From contig JAHPZI010000007.1 of assembly GCA_019058295.1 (NCBI GenBank), forward strand, positions 47,465 to 111,464: a stretch of 64,000 nt of DNA, given 5' to 3'. Positions 20,701-30,438 of this stretch are shown piece after piece. How positions within the stretch are numbered: position 1 is the stretch's first letter; every line of letters starts with the position of its first letter. This DNA comes from Promethearchaeota archaeon. Lineage in GTDB: Archaea; Asgardarchaeota; Lokiarchaeia; Sigyniarchaeales; SOKP01. The translations under genes and the position numbers were made by a program. The notes beneath the pieces were generated by a model. The model made no database searches. It had not been told where the DNA came from and worked only from the letters and a program-made list of their open reading frames with translations.

Positions 20701-23700
20701 AAGAGGTTCTAACATATGTTCCTTGGTTTTCTGGTGCGGGTACCTTGAACGATCCTTATATGATCGAGGGTATAACTATTAACGCATCTGGAAACGCAGT
20801 AGGTCTTTATATAATTGATTCTAAAGATGTCTATTTTAAGATTAAAGATTGTACCGTGTACGAGGCGGGTAGTGGCAGTGGTTATGATGCGGGAATTAAA
20901 CTAGAAAATACATGTAATGGTACAATTATTAATAATATAGTCTCGAATAATGAAAATAATGGAATTTGTTTGATAAGTGGATGCCGTAATAATACGATCA
21001 CGGAGAATACTGGAATTGGTAATAAGGATTCCGGATTAAGATTGCAAACTGATTGTGATTATAATATTATTTCAAATAATAATTTTAGCTATTCTGATCC
21101 GACTTATGGTAATGATGGAATTCAAATAGAGAGTGATTGCGATTACAATACAATAATTAATAATATACTTAATAATAACAAAAGGAATGGTCTCCGATTT
21201 TGGGATACTTGTAATGATAATAAAATATTGAAAAACACCATAAATGGTAATATAGAAAGCGGTATAGTTATAACATTAGATTCTGATAATAATAATTTCT
21301 CGGAAAATACTATATCTAATAACTTAATTTATGGTGCAGGTATACACGCGCCTACATGCGATAACAATTTATTTTACAACAATACTTTCACGGGAAATAC
21401 CAACTCTCATATATATGATGAATCATCTAATACGAAATATAATAATACCCAAATTGGTAATTATTGGGACGATTATGGGGGTATAGATGCGGATGATAAC
21501 GGTATAGGTGATACTGATTATAATGTTTATGGGTCTCTATGGGATGAGCTCCCTATTTGGTGGGATGCACCCGTTGTATCAATTACTACTCCATCATATA
21601 TGGACGTCTTTGGGAACGCCACGATTAATTTTACTTTAAGTATTACTAGGACAATTCCAAGTTTGTGTAATATGTGGTATATGTTAGTAAACAATACAAA
21701 TCCAACTGATAAGACGGGTAATCAAACATTTACCAAATATCCTTCGCACTATATTTTATATAATTTATGGAACACATTTGAAAATGGAACCATTAAGATT
21801 TGGTTTTTTTTAAATGATTCAAGAGGTTATATTGGTTCTGCAAGTGTCATTATTCAAAAAAATATCTATGCTCCTACAATTTCAATCGTAAAAATAGGTT
21901 TTTATGGCGTAGGAGGGGTATCAACAATTAATTTTACCGTCGCTTTAGATGGTCCAGATGTGGATACACTTTGGTATAGAATTTATAACGGGACTTGGTC
22001 AAAAAATTACACTTTTAATGCAATATCAGGGCAAATGAATAAAGAAATAAATCCCAATTTATGGAAATCACTTGGTAATGGTACTTTAACAATTCAATTC
22101 TTTTTAAATGATACTTTAGCCCCTGAAACAACCAAAAAAGAACGCAAATTCATAAAAGATATTGTCCCTCCAAGTTTAATTATTACAAGTCCCTCTAACA
22201 ATGATGTTGCAGGAATTTCTCCACCAGATATTACATTTAATATTAATGAAAGCCAACTCCATCAAATTTGGTATGAATTGGATGATGGCACTGGCTATGG
22301 TAATTATACGTATCGTGATGTTATCGCGGATTTATTTGATAAAATTAAGTATGACTATTGGAAATTATTAAATAATGGAACAGTTATCATTAAATTCTGG
22401 GCAAATGATACAGGGGGTAATGTAAATTACACTATTGTATCACTTTCGCTACGAAAAGACATCTATAAACCCATAATTGATGATATTGATAGATTTTATG
22501 AAGGATGGACATACGGAAGCACACCTCCACTTTATACTCTTGAGATAACTGAACCTCATTTTTATCAGATGTGGTATACTTTATTCGATGGAACAAACCT
22601 TTATACTTCTTCAACTTATACATCATTAAGTGGCTCAATTGACCAAACTCTTTGGAACAATTTAAACAATGGAGAAATTAATGTCACATTTTATGTTGAA
22701 GACCAAGCAGGAAATGTTGGATATAAAGATTATGCTGTTATAAAAGAAGTGGCAATTCTCCCTGGATCACCACCTCCTGCAGATGACGATGATGACGATG
22801 ATGACGGAGAAGATGATACAATGGATTGGATAATTCGTGCATTATTAGCGGGACTAATTAGTGGTACTGTAGGAATTTCTCTCAGAATTGCTTATAGCAA
22901 GATTAAGAAAAAGAGAGAAGCTGCGCGACAGGCAGCAGCACCAACTGTAATCTTAAAAAAGAAATATCAAATTGTCCATCATGACTTTTTAACACCATAT
23001 GGCAAAGTAGAGAAAAAGGAGTTCAAAGTTGGAATTGCACAAATTGGGTTATCAAAAACGGGCAATCTTATAACCGAGTTATTCGACATGACCCCTGAAG
23101 GACTCATGAGAATTCGTGAAAATATGGTAGAAACCGTAAGCGCTAATATTAAAAGTATGGTTAAACAAGCTCATGAAAATGGTATTAACATATTACTCTT
23201 CCCTGAAATGACATTTGACCTTAACTATAAAAGAATGGTAAAAGATGTCAAGCAATGGGCGCAAGATTACAATATGTATATAATTACAGGCGGATATCAT
23301 GATATCAAAACTAAACAAAATATTTGCGCTGTATTTGGACCAGAAGGCATTCAATGGGAACAAGAGAAACATACACCAGCTACCATTCACTTTGGAAAGC
23401 ATGTATTTACAGAAGCAATAGAGATCCATCATCCTCCGCATAAACTTCACATTTGCGCCACCGAATATGGAAGAATCGCAATAGCGATATGTCGAGATTT
23501 TCTTGATATGGATTTACGGGTTGAAATTAAGAATTGCGAGCCACCTGTGGATCTTTTCTTTAATCCAGCTTATACTCCAGTTACAGTTGATTTTGAGGCA
23601 ACACATTTTGATGCCCGTCGAGCCGTATATGCATACACTTTCTTTGCTAATGTTGCTGAATATGGCGGAACAATTATAAATACACCAGAAAAGGACAGGA

Positions 23701-23837
23701 CAAAAAGGCAGATCCCTCCAAAAGAAGAAGGTCTTATATTTAAGGATGTAGATCTATTTAGCTTGCGGTCAGAGCGTAATAAATGGGAAAGAAGGCAAAG
23801 TAAGGAAAAGAGATATATCCAAAGCACAAGATCATAA
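17787..23837 (+). CDS. Large surface protein: signal/anchor, NosD/PbH1 beta-helix repeats, Ig-like repeats, TM helix, cytoplasmic carbon-nitrogen hydrolase domain
   Basis: Dozens of GIxLxxxCxxNxIxxN repeats; GNYW cap; Ig-like D..G/N modules; poly-Asp then TM WIIRALLAGLISGTVGISLRIAY; KVGIAQ, LFPE, QEKH, ICRDF, NPA. Confidence 0.85.
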   Translation: MRNKNFYLIATTVFFLALFVLSINHKKETEESDPSLNENIEIETPNEITDPDDITIETPRPKTSGAYNLDFIHIDGNWSAAEAELWCYKQNGVYIIENVTIDATNSPINSGILINNSNDVSFIVRNCTIYNVAGPESPRAGGIKLVNCSKGTLFNNTCRDGVVSGRSSGILVWDYCHNITVEDNYIDYHHYHGIQLCGETEGIAPYNVTVKNNKVYDSQYYGVYLVRADNNTIRDNFVSDSDRRNIRLVSNCDYNRIINNTVTDTGAPPGYSTHHGIVLSSECDNNIIRENKVTQIYDHGIYLINNCHNNTIKDNTVKDNGDDAIRLEDNCDDNKIINNTASDTAAAHGQDNGIWIENGCERNMIINNTCNDNGQEGIYIYDDCDDNIISYNIVKDNTYRGFYLYSGCDNNTIFNNTVINNGYNGILLITNCHDNNVSKNYACGNGHDGILLQVNCDYNTIFNNTCNNNIRNGIYIYDGSDYNNITYNTANGNGDSDQDSGIYLYNSDYNVIHNNTANGNYYSGIYLYSDCNDNNITNNVCSENDQYGIKLYTDCHNNTLDNNTANDNFQYGIQLHTNCTDNDIINNLALNTIEGYDQNVGIRIAWYCDYNTYANNTANGNTDSGISIAYYCTDSIIVNNTCKNNGNGIEFYSNCENHIIENNTVNENYQYGILLEINCNNNNITGNIGIGNDISGIRLYTNCDFNLILNNTFSYSVSEHGIDLETGCVFNTIINNTLMHNNLRGIRLYDDCDNNTISGNTAYYNGKGIELDNYCDNNTILGNSLKYNSHGIHVANYCEDNFIIGNNCSKNTGRGIAIGQRESHYTIIDNNYICNNGYRGIEIYFWCGSTIITNNIINNNIDNGLRIVSASSGTIVHNNTINGNTNIGIYISDNTDNCRISHNIVNDNNNYAVYIAGTSSENTILIGNTFNNNNLFYNLGTNTLDAMNCFDGVCTPLIIDADSSTADSFTWEEVLTYVPWFSGAGTLNDPYMIEGITINASGNAVGLYIIDSKDVYFKIKDCTVYEAGSGSGYDAGIKLENTCNGTIINNIVSNNENNGICLISGCRNNTITENTGIGNKDSGLRLQTDCDYNIISNNNFSYSDPTYGNDGIQIESDCDYNTIINNILNNNKRNGLRFWDTCNDNKILKNTINGNIESGIVITLDSDNNNFSENTISNNLIYGAGIHAPTCDNNLFYNNTFTGNTNSHIYDESSNTKYNNTQIGNYWDDYGGIDADDNGIGDTDYNVYGSLWDELPIWWDAPVVSITTPSYMDVFGNATINFTLSITRTIPSLCNMWYMLVNNTNPTDKTGNQTFTKYPSHYILYNLWNTFENGTIKIWFFLNDSRGYIGSASVIIQKNIYAPTISIVKIGFYGVGGVSTINFTVALDGPDVDTLWYRIYNGTWSKNYTFNAISGQMNKEINPNLWKSLGNGTLTIQFFLNDTLAPETTKKERKFIKDIVPPSLIITSPSNNDVAGISPPDITFNINESQLHQIWYELDDGTGYGNYTYRDVIADLFDKIKYDYWKLLNNGTVIIKFWANDTGGNVNYTIVSLSLRKDIYKPIIDDIDRFYEGWTYGSTPPLYTLEITEPHFYQMWYTLFDGTNLYTSSTYTSLSGSIDQTLWNNLNNGEINVTFYVEDQAGNVGYKDYAVIKEVAILPGSPPPADDDDDDDDGEDDTMDWIIRALLAGLISGTVGISLRIAYSKIKKKREAARQAAAPTVILKKKYQIVHHDFLTPYGKVEKKEFKVGIAQIGLSKTGNLITELFDMTPEGLMRIRENMVETVSANIKSMVKQAHENGINILLFPEMTFDLNYKRMVKDVKQWAQDYNMYIITGGYHDIKTKQNICAVFGPEGIQWEQEKHTPATIHFGKHVFTEAIEIHHPPHKLHICATEYGRIAIAICRDFLDMDLRVEIKNCEPPVDLFFNPAYTPVTVDFEATHFDARRAVYAYTFFANVAEYGGTIINTPEKDRTKRQIPPKEEGLIFKDVDLFSLRSERNKWERRQSKEKRYIQSTRS

Positions 23838-24019
23838 AGCTTCCTTTTTTATAATAATAAATTTAATAGAAGAATTAAATTCCGAAATTTAATTTATAAT
23901 TAATCTAACCTTTTGAAAATTAATACTAATTTTAAAAAATAAATCTAGTTTATATTCTTACGAGAATATTATAAATGAAACTTTTCTCAAATATTATAAG
24001 AAAGTAATAGAAATTTATT

Positions 24020-26554
24020 ATGGCTTTAAATTCCCAGGTAAAACCTATAAAACCATCGGATTTTTCAACCAGCAGGAGTAATAGAACGCAGATCTTAAAG
24101 AAAAAGATTTTAGATGCTCCTTATGAGATTTGTATCGAGCGTGCTCGCTATTTTACACAGGTATTTAAGGAAACCGAGGGCGAACACCCTTCATTAAGAG
24201 CGGCTAAGGCAATAGAGCGAACTTTAGATAATATGACAATTTACATTTTGCCAGAAGAGCTTTTAATAGGTAATCGATCAAGTAAATTAGTAGCCTCTGT
24301 AATTCCAATTGAGAGAGGCGAATTTAACATGATTTTTCAATTAGATCTAAAAAATGTTATGAAAAGAGAAATCAAACCATTTCAATTATCTCCTGAAGAA
24401 AAAAGGGAACTACTAAAGGAAATTATTCCATACTGGAAAAAAAAAACAATTCGAGATTATAAAAAGCAAGAATGGAAACAAGAGGATTTATTATTAAAAC
24501 CTAGGTTTGGCCTTTTTTCAATCTTCCGCAGGATGAAATATTTTGGTTTAAAGTCTCTATGGAAATCAACTAAACCGTTTTTAAAAGGACGAATCTTACA
24601 TATTTTTAAAGCATTCAGAGAAATCGCATTAAACAACCCTAATCTTGTAGATGATGTGTTTGACGATCAGGGGCATCTTATTTTAGGAATAGATAATGTA
24701 ATGCCAATTGGCTTTAAGGGTATTAAAGAAAAGGCGTTGAATTTAAGGAAAAAAAATCCTGAACGAGCTGTGTTTTACGATTCTGTAATTATTTGTTGCG
24801 ATGCTGTCAAAAGATTTGCTGATAAATTTGCCTCACTATCATTAAAAATGGCTCATGAAGAAAAAAATGAAGAACGTAAAGAGGAATTACTTCAAATTTC
24901 AAAAAATATGACAAAAGTTCCTTGGAATCCTCCTGAGAATTTTTATGAAGCAATGCAATTTCTATGGTTTACTCAGGATATTGCATTAATTGCATTCGGC
25001 TTAGGTGGAATATTTGCTATTGGAAGACCTGACCAATATCTTTTCCCCTATTATAAAAAAGATATTGATGAAGGGATTATCACTCGTGAGTTTGCGTTGG
25101 AATTAGCTGAAGAACTGCTAATTAAACTTAGTTATAATCTTTTTGTCCTACCTTCATATGCAAAAAATACCGCTTCGGAACTTGGAGGAGATAATAATGC
25201 CATAACAATTGGAGGAGTTGATAAAAACGGAAATGATGCTGCAAATGATTTATCTTTTGTATTTATGGATGCGATTATAAATATCAAGAGCATGACAAAT
25301 TCTTTTTCTATGAGATTGCATTCAAAATCCACTGATGATTATCTACTTAAAGTAGCGGAAGTTTTTTCAAAAACTTCGGGTCCTGCCATATATAACGATG
25401 AGATTATTATACCTGCTCTATTGGAAACAGGATGCTCAATAGAAGATTCAAGAAATTATGGAATTATTGGTTGTGTGGAGCCAACTAGTTGCAGTAATAC
25501 TCACGGATGTACAGCTGGAAACGATATCTCTCTCGTTGGAATATTAGAGAAGGTATTAAATAATGGTAAATTGAAGATGATGGGAAAAAGAACTGGCTTA
25601 AAAACTGGAAAATTTAAAAGATTTAAGTCATTTGAGGAAATACTGGAAGCATATAAGAAACAATTAACCAATTCTATTGAATATATCGCTAAATGTGTAA
25701 ATTGTAAAGATAAAGTCTATATGGAAAGGTTTCATAATCCTTATCTCTCCTTAACGATAGATGGTTGTTTAGAGAGCGGATTAGATATCACGGAGGGAGG
25801 AGCAAAATATAATTTTGGGTCAATAACAGCAAGAGGTCTTGCAACTGCTGCGGATTCGTTATTTGCGATAAAGAAAGCTGTTTTTAACGAGAAGTGGCTT
25901 ACATTAAAAGAGCTAAAGAAATTATTAAATAAGAATTTTAGAAAGAATGAAGCTATTAGGCAAAAATTAGTTAACAAAGTTGCCAAATATGGAAATGATA
26001 ATGACGAGGTTGATGAGATCGCAAGATGGGTTGCAGATATATTTTGCGACGAGACAATGAAACAAAAATCTATTAGAAATGGGGGTATTTTCAGACCAGG
26101 TTTCTTTTCTTACGGGATGAATGTTGTGGACGGAGCCTTCCTTGGCGCCACTCCAAATGGCAGACTCGCCGGAGAACCAGTATCTAATAGCATATCTCCA
26201 AGTAATAATGCTGAAAAAGAAGGCCCTACTGCTATCATTAAGTCTTATGCTAAGTTAAACCAAATAAAAATCTCAAATGGAAGTGCCTTAAATATCAAAC
26301 TGAGTCCCTCATTTTTAGATTCAGAAGATAGAAAAAATAAATTTATAAGCTTTATGAAATCTTTTGTAGATTTAAATGCAATGCATGTTCAATTTAATAC
26401 TGTTGACACTAAAACTTTATTAGATGCTCAAATCCATCCAGAAGATTATTGGGATTTAGTTGTTAGAGTATCTGGATATTGTGCTTATTTCAACGATCTA
26501 GGAAAGCCCGTTCAAGACGATATTATCCAACGTGCAGAATTTAATACTATTTAA
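24020..26554 (+). CDS. Glycyl radical enzyme (PFL2/dehydratase-like family), substrate unknown
   Basis: ICIERAR, GRPDQYL, IGCVEP (thiyl Cys), VRVSGY (radical Gly). Confidence 0.92.
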   Translation: MALNSQVKPIKPSDFSTSRSNRTQILKKKILDAPYEICIERARYFTQVFKETEGEHPSLRAAKAIERTLDNMTIYILPEELLIGNRSSKLVASVIPIERGEFNMIFQLDLKNVMKREIKPFQLSPEEKRELLKEIIPYWKKKTIRDYKKQEWKQEDLLLKPRFGLFSIFRRMKYFGLKSLWKSTKPFLKGRILHIFKAFREIALNNPNLVDDVFDDQGHLILGIDNVMPIGFKGIKEKALNLRKKNPERAVFYDSVIICCDAVKRFADKFASLSLKMAHEEKNEERKEELLQISKNMTKVPWNPPENFYEAMQFLWFTQDIALIAFGLGGIFAIGRPDQYLFPYYKKDIDEGIITREFALELAEELLIKLSYNLFVLPSYAKNTASELGGDNNAITIGGVDKNGNDAANDLSFVFMDAIINIKSMTNSFSMRLHSKSTDDYLLKVAEVFSKTSGPAIYNDEIIIPALLETGCSIEDSRNYGIIGCVEPTSCSNTHGCTAGNDISLVGILEKVLNNGKLKMMGKRTGLKTGKFKRFKSFEEILEAYKKQLTNSIEYIAKCVNCKDKVYMERFHNPYLSLTIDGCLESGLDITEGGAKYNFGSITARGLATAADSLFAIKKAVFNEKWLTLKELKKLLNKNFRKNEAIRQKLVNKVAKYGNDNDEVDEIARWVADIFCDETMKQKSIRNGGIFRPGFFSYGMNVVDGAFLGATPNGRLAGEPVSNSISPSNNAEKEGPTAIIKSYAKLNQIKISNGSALNIKLSPSFLDSEDRKNKFISFMKSFVDLNAMHVQFNTVDTKTLLDAQIHPEDYWDLVVRVSGYCAYFNDLGKPVQDDIIQRAEFNTI

Positions 26555-28223
26555 TTTCTCTTAATGATTCATTTTCTATAGAGATCTTTAAGGAATCATA
26601 AAAAATTGACCCAAATTTTTCATAAAATTCTTTTTTACTCTTCATTATTAATGATTTATCTTCCTTCTCAGGTTTTCCTTGAGACCAAAAGATTTTTCCT
26701 TGAAGCGACAAATCAATCTTTTCTTGTTCTTTAATAATAGTACCTGCTTTTATTACATACTCAATATTGCTTAAATCGGTCTTGATGCTATTAGGATTCT
26801 TAGAAATATCAATATCGTTAATACTGAGATCTATTATATTAATGTCAGCATCTGCCCCTATACCAAGATTACCTTTTATACTTCCAAGCCCTAAAGATTT
26901 AGCTGGACTTGCCCGGGTTAATATTACAAATTCGTTAAAAGTTAGAATTTTATCATTATTTATTAAAGAATTTTCCTTTAAAAAATCGGAATTCATATCT
27001 TTCATAAAAGTATCTCTGGCACTTTTACTCATTAACCAAGTTGCGATTTCAGGTACATCAGTAATATTTGCATAATTGGGAAAGTTAATGGAGAACTGTA
27101 TTTGCCAGATATTTTTAACGTTAAGAGCAATATCTAAAGCATTAGCCCATAAATAACAATTTGCAATATTCTTCTTATCAAAATTTCTAAATGTTGCAAA
27201 TGTATCTCCTTCAAATTCTATTGCAGCTCTAATTAATTTATGAGTAGCTTCACTATTATTAGCCTTTAAAAGAGAATCTATTAATCTTCTATCTGATGTG
27301 ATCAATGGATTGATTTGGTCAAATCCTATAAAGCCCAAATCCAAATCTATATTTTCATTTGAATTAACCATATTAATTAACTCTGAATTATTCCCGTCTA
27401 CATTGTAAGCAGATGCATGTGCTATATGAAAAATTTGTGTTCGCTTTATCTCACTATTAATTTTAGAATTTGGTTGCAAATCTAAAGAGTTTACTTTATT
27501 TAAAATTGTAAATAAGTTGTTTTTTGCCTTTATATCTTCATATCCTTCAATATGAGCATGAATAGAATGAGGTAATCCTAAATGTTCATTCGCTCTTGTT
27601 AAGTTCTCGTAGACATCGAGAGCAGAAAAATTATAGAGCCTTCCTTTACCAGACACCTCTTTTCTTAATTTCTGGAAATTCCAGCTTTCAGATTCAAATG
27701 GATTATAGACTTTAAGACCAAAACCCTTCGTAATCGATAATAAATCTGATAAAAATACGGACATATCTTCTATTTTTCCTCTCTGAAACTCTATTTCTAA
27801 AGGCCACATATTACTAACATTTAGTAGCATTGCCTTATCTAAAACGGGCAATAGGCTAAAGTTAAAAACAGTCTGGTTTGCAAGGGAGGGATAGACATTT
27901 GCCTCAAGAATGAAAGTATAACCATTTGATATATAATTCCTCGCAAAATTTTTTAAAGTTAACCTGTTCCATACATTTTTGAATAGCTCATTTTTGGTCC
28001 CAAGTAATCTTACCCAATTAACTTGTTGGGAAGCAATATGTGTGTGAATATCAATGGCTGCGGGTATTACTGTTTTTCCGTTTGCGTTAATCTCTTTTAT
28101 CTCTTTTTCCTTAGAAAATTTATCTACAATTTTGGAATTTTCGATTAATATATCTTTAACTTCCCCATCTATATTATTTAATGGGTCAAATACCAGCCCA
28201 TTTTTGATTATTAATCTTTCCAT
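26547..28223 (-). CDS. fwdA: Formylmethanofuran dehydrogenase subunit A-like amidohydrolase (divergent)
   Basis: IDIHTH, GLKVYNP, LGLPHSIHAH, WANAL, TRASPAKSLGL, GADAD. Confidence 0.85.
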   Translation of the reverse strand: MERLIIKNGLVFDPLNNIDGEVKDILIENSKIVDKFSKEKEIKEINANGKTVIPAAIDIHTHIASQQVNWVRLLGTKNELFKNVWNRLTLKNFARNYISNGYTFILEANVYPSLANQTVFNFSLLPVLDKAMLLNVSNMWPLEIEFQRGKIEDMSVFLSDLLSITKGFGLKVYNPFESESWNFQKLRKEVSGKGRLYNFSALDVYENLTRANEHLGLPHSIHAHIEGYEDIKAKNNLFTILNKVNSLDLQPNSKINSEIKRTQIFHIAHASAYNVDGNNSELINMVNSNENIDLDLGFIGFDQINPLITSDRRLIDSLLKANNSEATHKLIRAAIEFEGDTFATFRNFDKKNIANCYLWANALDIALNVKNIWQIQFSINFPNYANITDVPEIATWLMSKSARDTFMKDMNSDFLKENSLINNDKILTFNEFVILTRASPAKSLGLGSIKGNLGIGADADINIIDLSINDIDISKNPNSIKTDLSNIEYVIKAGTIIKEQEKIDLSLQGKIFWSQGKPEKEDKSLIMKSKKEFYEKFGSIFYDSLKISIENESLREIK

Positions 28224-28244
28224 TTATGTTATCCCTAAGATAAT

Positions 28245-28625
28245 CTATTTCTCTTTAATTTTTAATATTAAATCTTTATATTCCGGTACAGGATCACGAG
28301 TGGCTTCTACCTCAACTTCAATATTTTTATATTGAATTTCATCTTTTTCCACTCCAGTAATTTGATTTGACCAAATTGAAACAGGCATTAGCACAGTACC
28401 TTCCGGAACATTTTCATCTTGTTCTTGCTCAATAATAATGTCGCCAAAACTATTTGATAATTTTATTCTTAAGCTCTTGACTAATCCAAGTTTCTCAAAA
28501 TCACTTGGATTTATAAATCCAATTCCCAGATTTTCTTTTAATGATTTTTCATCTCCAAAAGCAAATTCCTTGGCTTGATCGTGATCAACCATTCTAACAA
28601 TATTTACTATCATTTTCATAGGCAT
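28245..28625 (-). CDS. fwdD: Formylmethanofuran dehydrogenase subunit D-like protein (divergent)
   Basis: INPSDFEKLGL, VPEGTVLMP, WSN, YKNIEVEVE; operon context. Confidence 0.78.
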   Translation of the reverse strand: MPMKMIVNIVRMVDHDQAKEFAFGDEKSLKENLGIGFINPSDFEKLGLVKSLRIKLSNSFGDIIIEQEQDENVPEGTVLMPVSIWSNQITGVEKDEIQYKNIEVEVEATRDPVPEYKDLILKIKEK

Positions 28626-28632
28626 TCACATC

Positions 28633-29937
28633 TCAGGATACATCTAATTTTTGGATTATTTGATTTAGTACTTCTTCATCAGTTGGAATCCCACTCGGGG
28701 GATCCAGAACTTTTTTCAATTGCATAGGGACATGATCAAACCTATAAGCTAAACCCTCACATTCAATTCCAGTAATTGCAGATGGTAATATCACATCAGC
28801 GATATCTGATGTTGCTGATTTCCTATTATCAATACAAATTATGGGTTTTGAAGCCATATTTTTACTTAAACTAAAGGGGAAATGAGAAATAGGATCAGTA
28901 CCAACAATTATTGAACAATCAAAATCATCCTTTTCAATTTTATTTATTATAGTATCTTTTGTTTCGATTAAGTTATTATCTGAAAATTGTAAACTATGAT
29001 TTTTACCAGTAATAGATAATGCCACCTGCTCAAATCCAATCATATTATAGTGGCCACCCAATAATGCTAAAGACATTCTGCCTTTTTCTTGCCTTGAATT
29101 AATAAGTTGAACTAATTCTAATAGCTCTTTAATAATATTGTCATCCGAATGAGTTCTCAAAATCCCTTGTCCAACAAATATTACACCATTTTCGGCGCCA
29201 ACTAAATTAAGCAATAACCTATTAAGCTCCTCTTTATCAATCCCGGCAACACTTTTCTCAAGAACGCTATCTTTTTTACAGCATTCTTCTTTCAAAACCC
29301 TAATTAATTCCAAATCTTTCCCATGTTCTATGTGTAAAGCTACATCACGAAGTTGCATTACTCCAAAAGAAGCAGTTTTGACTGGATCAATGATAATAAT
29401 GGTTTTTATCTCACGACCAGTCATGCGAAATTTACCCCTAGAAAATAGTATCTTATTAAGAAGTCGAGGAATTGATGCTGCCGCATTTGATCCCCAGAGA
29501 ATTATTAAATCCGTTTTATTTATCACTTCAGCAAGTGTTGTTAGTGTCATTCCTATCTCTTTTGCTACATTCAGAACCTTTCCTTGGCATATTATAGAAT
29601 TAGAATCGATAAATCCATTAATCTTTTTTGCTAGTTTGATTCCCTTTAATTGTGCCTCGCAACTTGATGTTGAGAATCCATAAAGTAAAGGCCTTGAAGA
29701 ATTTGCTAAAATTTGTTTAATCTTTTCTAAGGCCACATCCCAAGATACATTCTCTAATTTGCCGTTTTTTCTTATCATTGGGCTTGTGAGACGATTTTCT
29801 GCAATAGGTTGATTAAATCGCTCTTTTCCTTTTAAACATGCTCCATAAATTTTATCAATAAAAATACCATCAGTCCCAATGAGAACATCATCACATAATA
29901 AGGAACAACCAGTACAAGGAATTCTCTCCATAGCCAT
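28633..29937 (-). CDS. fwdB: Formylmethanofuran dehydrogenase subunit B-like protein (divergent)
   Basis: CTGCSLLCDD...AC, RPLLYG, CEAQ, GHYN, GTDP, GIECEGLAYRFD. Confidence 0.85.
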   Translation of the reverse strand: MAMERIPCTGCSLLCDDVLIGTDGIFIDKIYGACLKGKERFNQPIAENRLTSPMIRKNGKLENVSWDVALEKIKQILANSSRPLLYGFSTSSCEAQLKGIKLAKKINGFIDSNSIICQGKVLNVAKEIGMTLTTLAEVINKTDLIILWGSNAAASIPRLLNKILFSRGKFRMTGREIKTIIIIDPVKTASFGVMQLRDVALHIEHGKDLELIRVLKEECCKKDSVLEKSVAGIDKEELNRLLLNLVGAENGVIFVGQGILRTHSDDNIIKELLELVQLINSRQEKGRMSLALLGGHYNMIGFEQVALSITGKNHSLQFSDNNLIETKDTIINKIEKDDFDCSIIVGTDPISHFPFSLSKNMASKPIICIDNRKSATSDIADVILPSAITGIECEGLAYRFDHVPMQLKKVLDPPSGIPTDEEVLNQIIQKLDVS

Positions 29938-29943
29938 TCACAC

Positions 29944-30432
29944 CTAAATATAGATAATTTCAATTGCCTCTCGCGGACAATATATTTCACATACACGACA
30001 TTCTCTTTCTCTTCCCCCAGCTTCCAACCTACGACAGTGTTCAAGGTTTAATAAAACACATTTACCATCCTTTACTTCAAAAAGTTGGTGTTTGTCATGA
30101 GGAACATCTGGAGCTTTACCACTTAAAGTTGGAGGACAATATCTTGCATTTACAGGACAGGCAGTAACACAAATTCCGCATCCATCACATAAGTCCTCAT
30201 CAATTTCAATGTGTAATTGCTTTTCTTTACCGCCTTCACCCCCCAATAATTCCTTTAATGCCTCATATTTTTCTTTATACTTTACTTCCTCAATAAGAGG
30301 CGTACAATCACTAATTTTTACCTTACCTTGTAATAGTTCTAAGGCAAATGACATACATGTTGGTTTACCGCATTTTTTACAGTTAGTCTGCGGTAAATAT
30401 TTGTAGAGTTCCATAAAGTTTTGTGCCGGAAT
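29944..30432 (-). CDS. Fe-S protein: FeS/CdhE-type N-terminal domain plus 2x[4Fe-4S] FwdG-like domain; start ATT 30432 or ATG 30414
   Basis: YKYLPQTNCKKCGKPTCMSFA...C; CDGCGICVTACP; CRVCEIYCP; first gene of the fwd-like operon. Confidence 0.8.
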   Translation of the reverse strand: MPAQNFMELYKYLPQTNCKKCGKPTCMSFALELLQGKVKISDCTPLIEEVKYKEKYEALKELLGGEGGKEKQLHIEIDEDLCDGCGICVTACPVNARYCPPTLSGKAPDVPHDKHQLFEVKDGKCVLLNLEHCRRLEAGGRERECRVCEIYCPREAIEIIYI

Positions 30433-30438
30433 GCAAAA

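Noticed and set aside
18200-21500. DNA repeat array or diversity-generating element in the beta-helix gene
   Set aside because: Repeats are degenerate and protein-level; no near-identical template/variable pair or reverse transcriptase seen.
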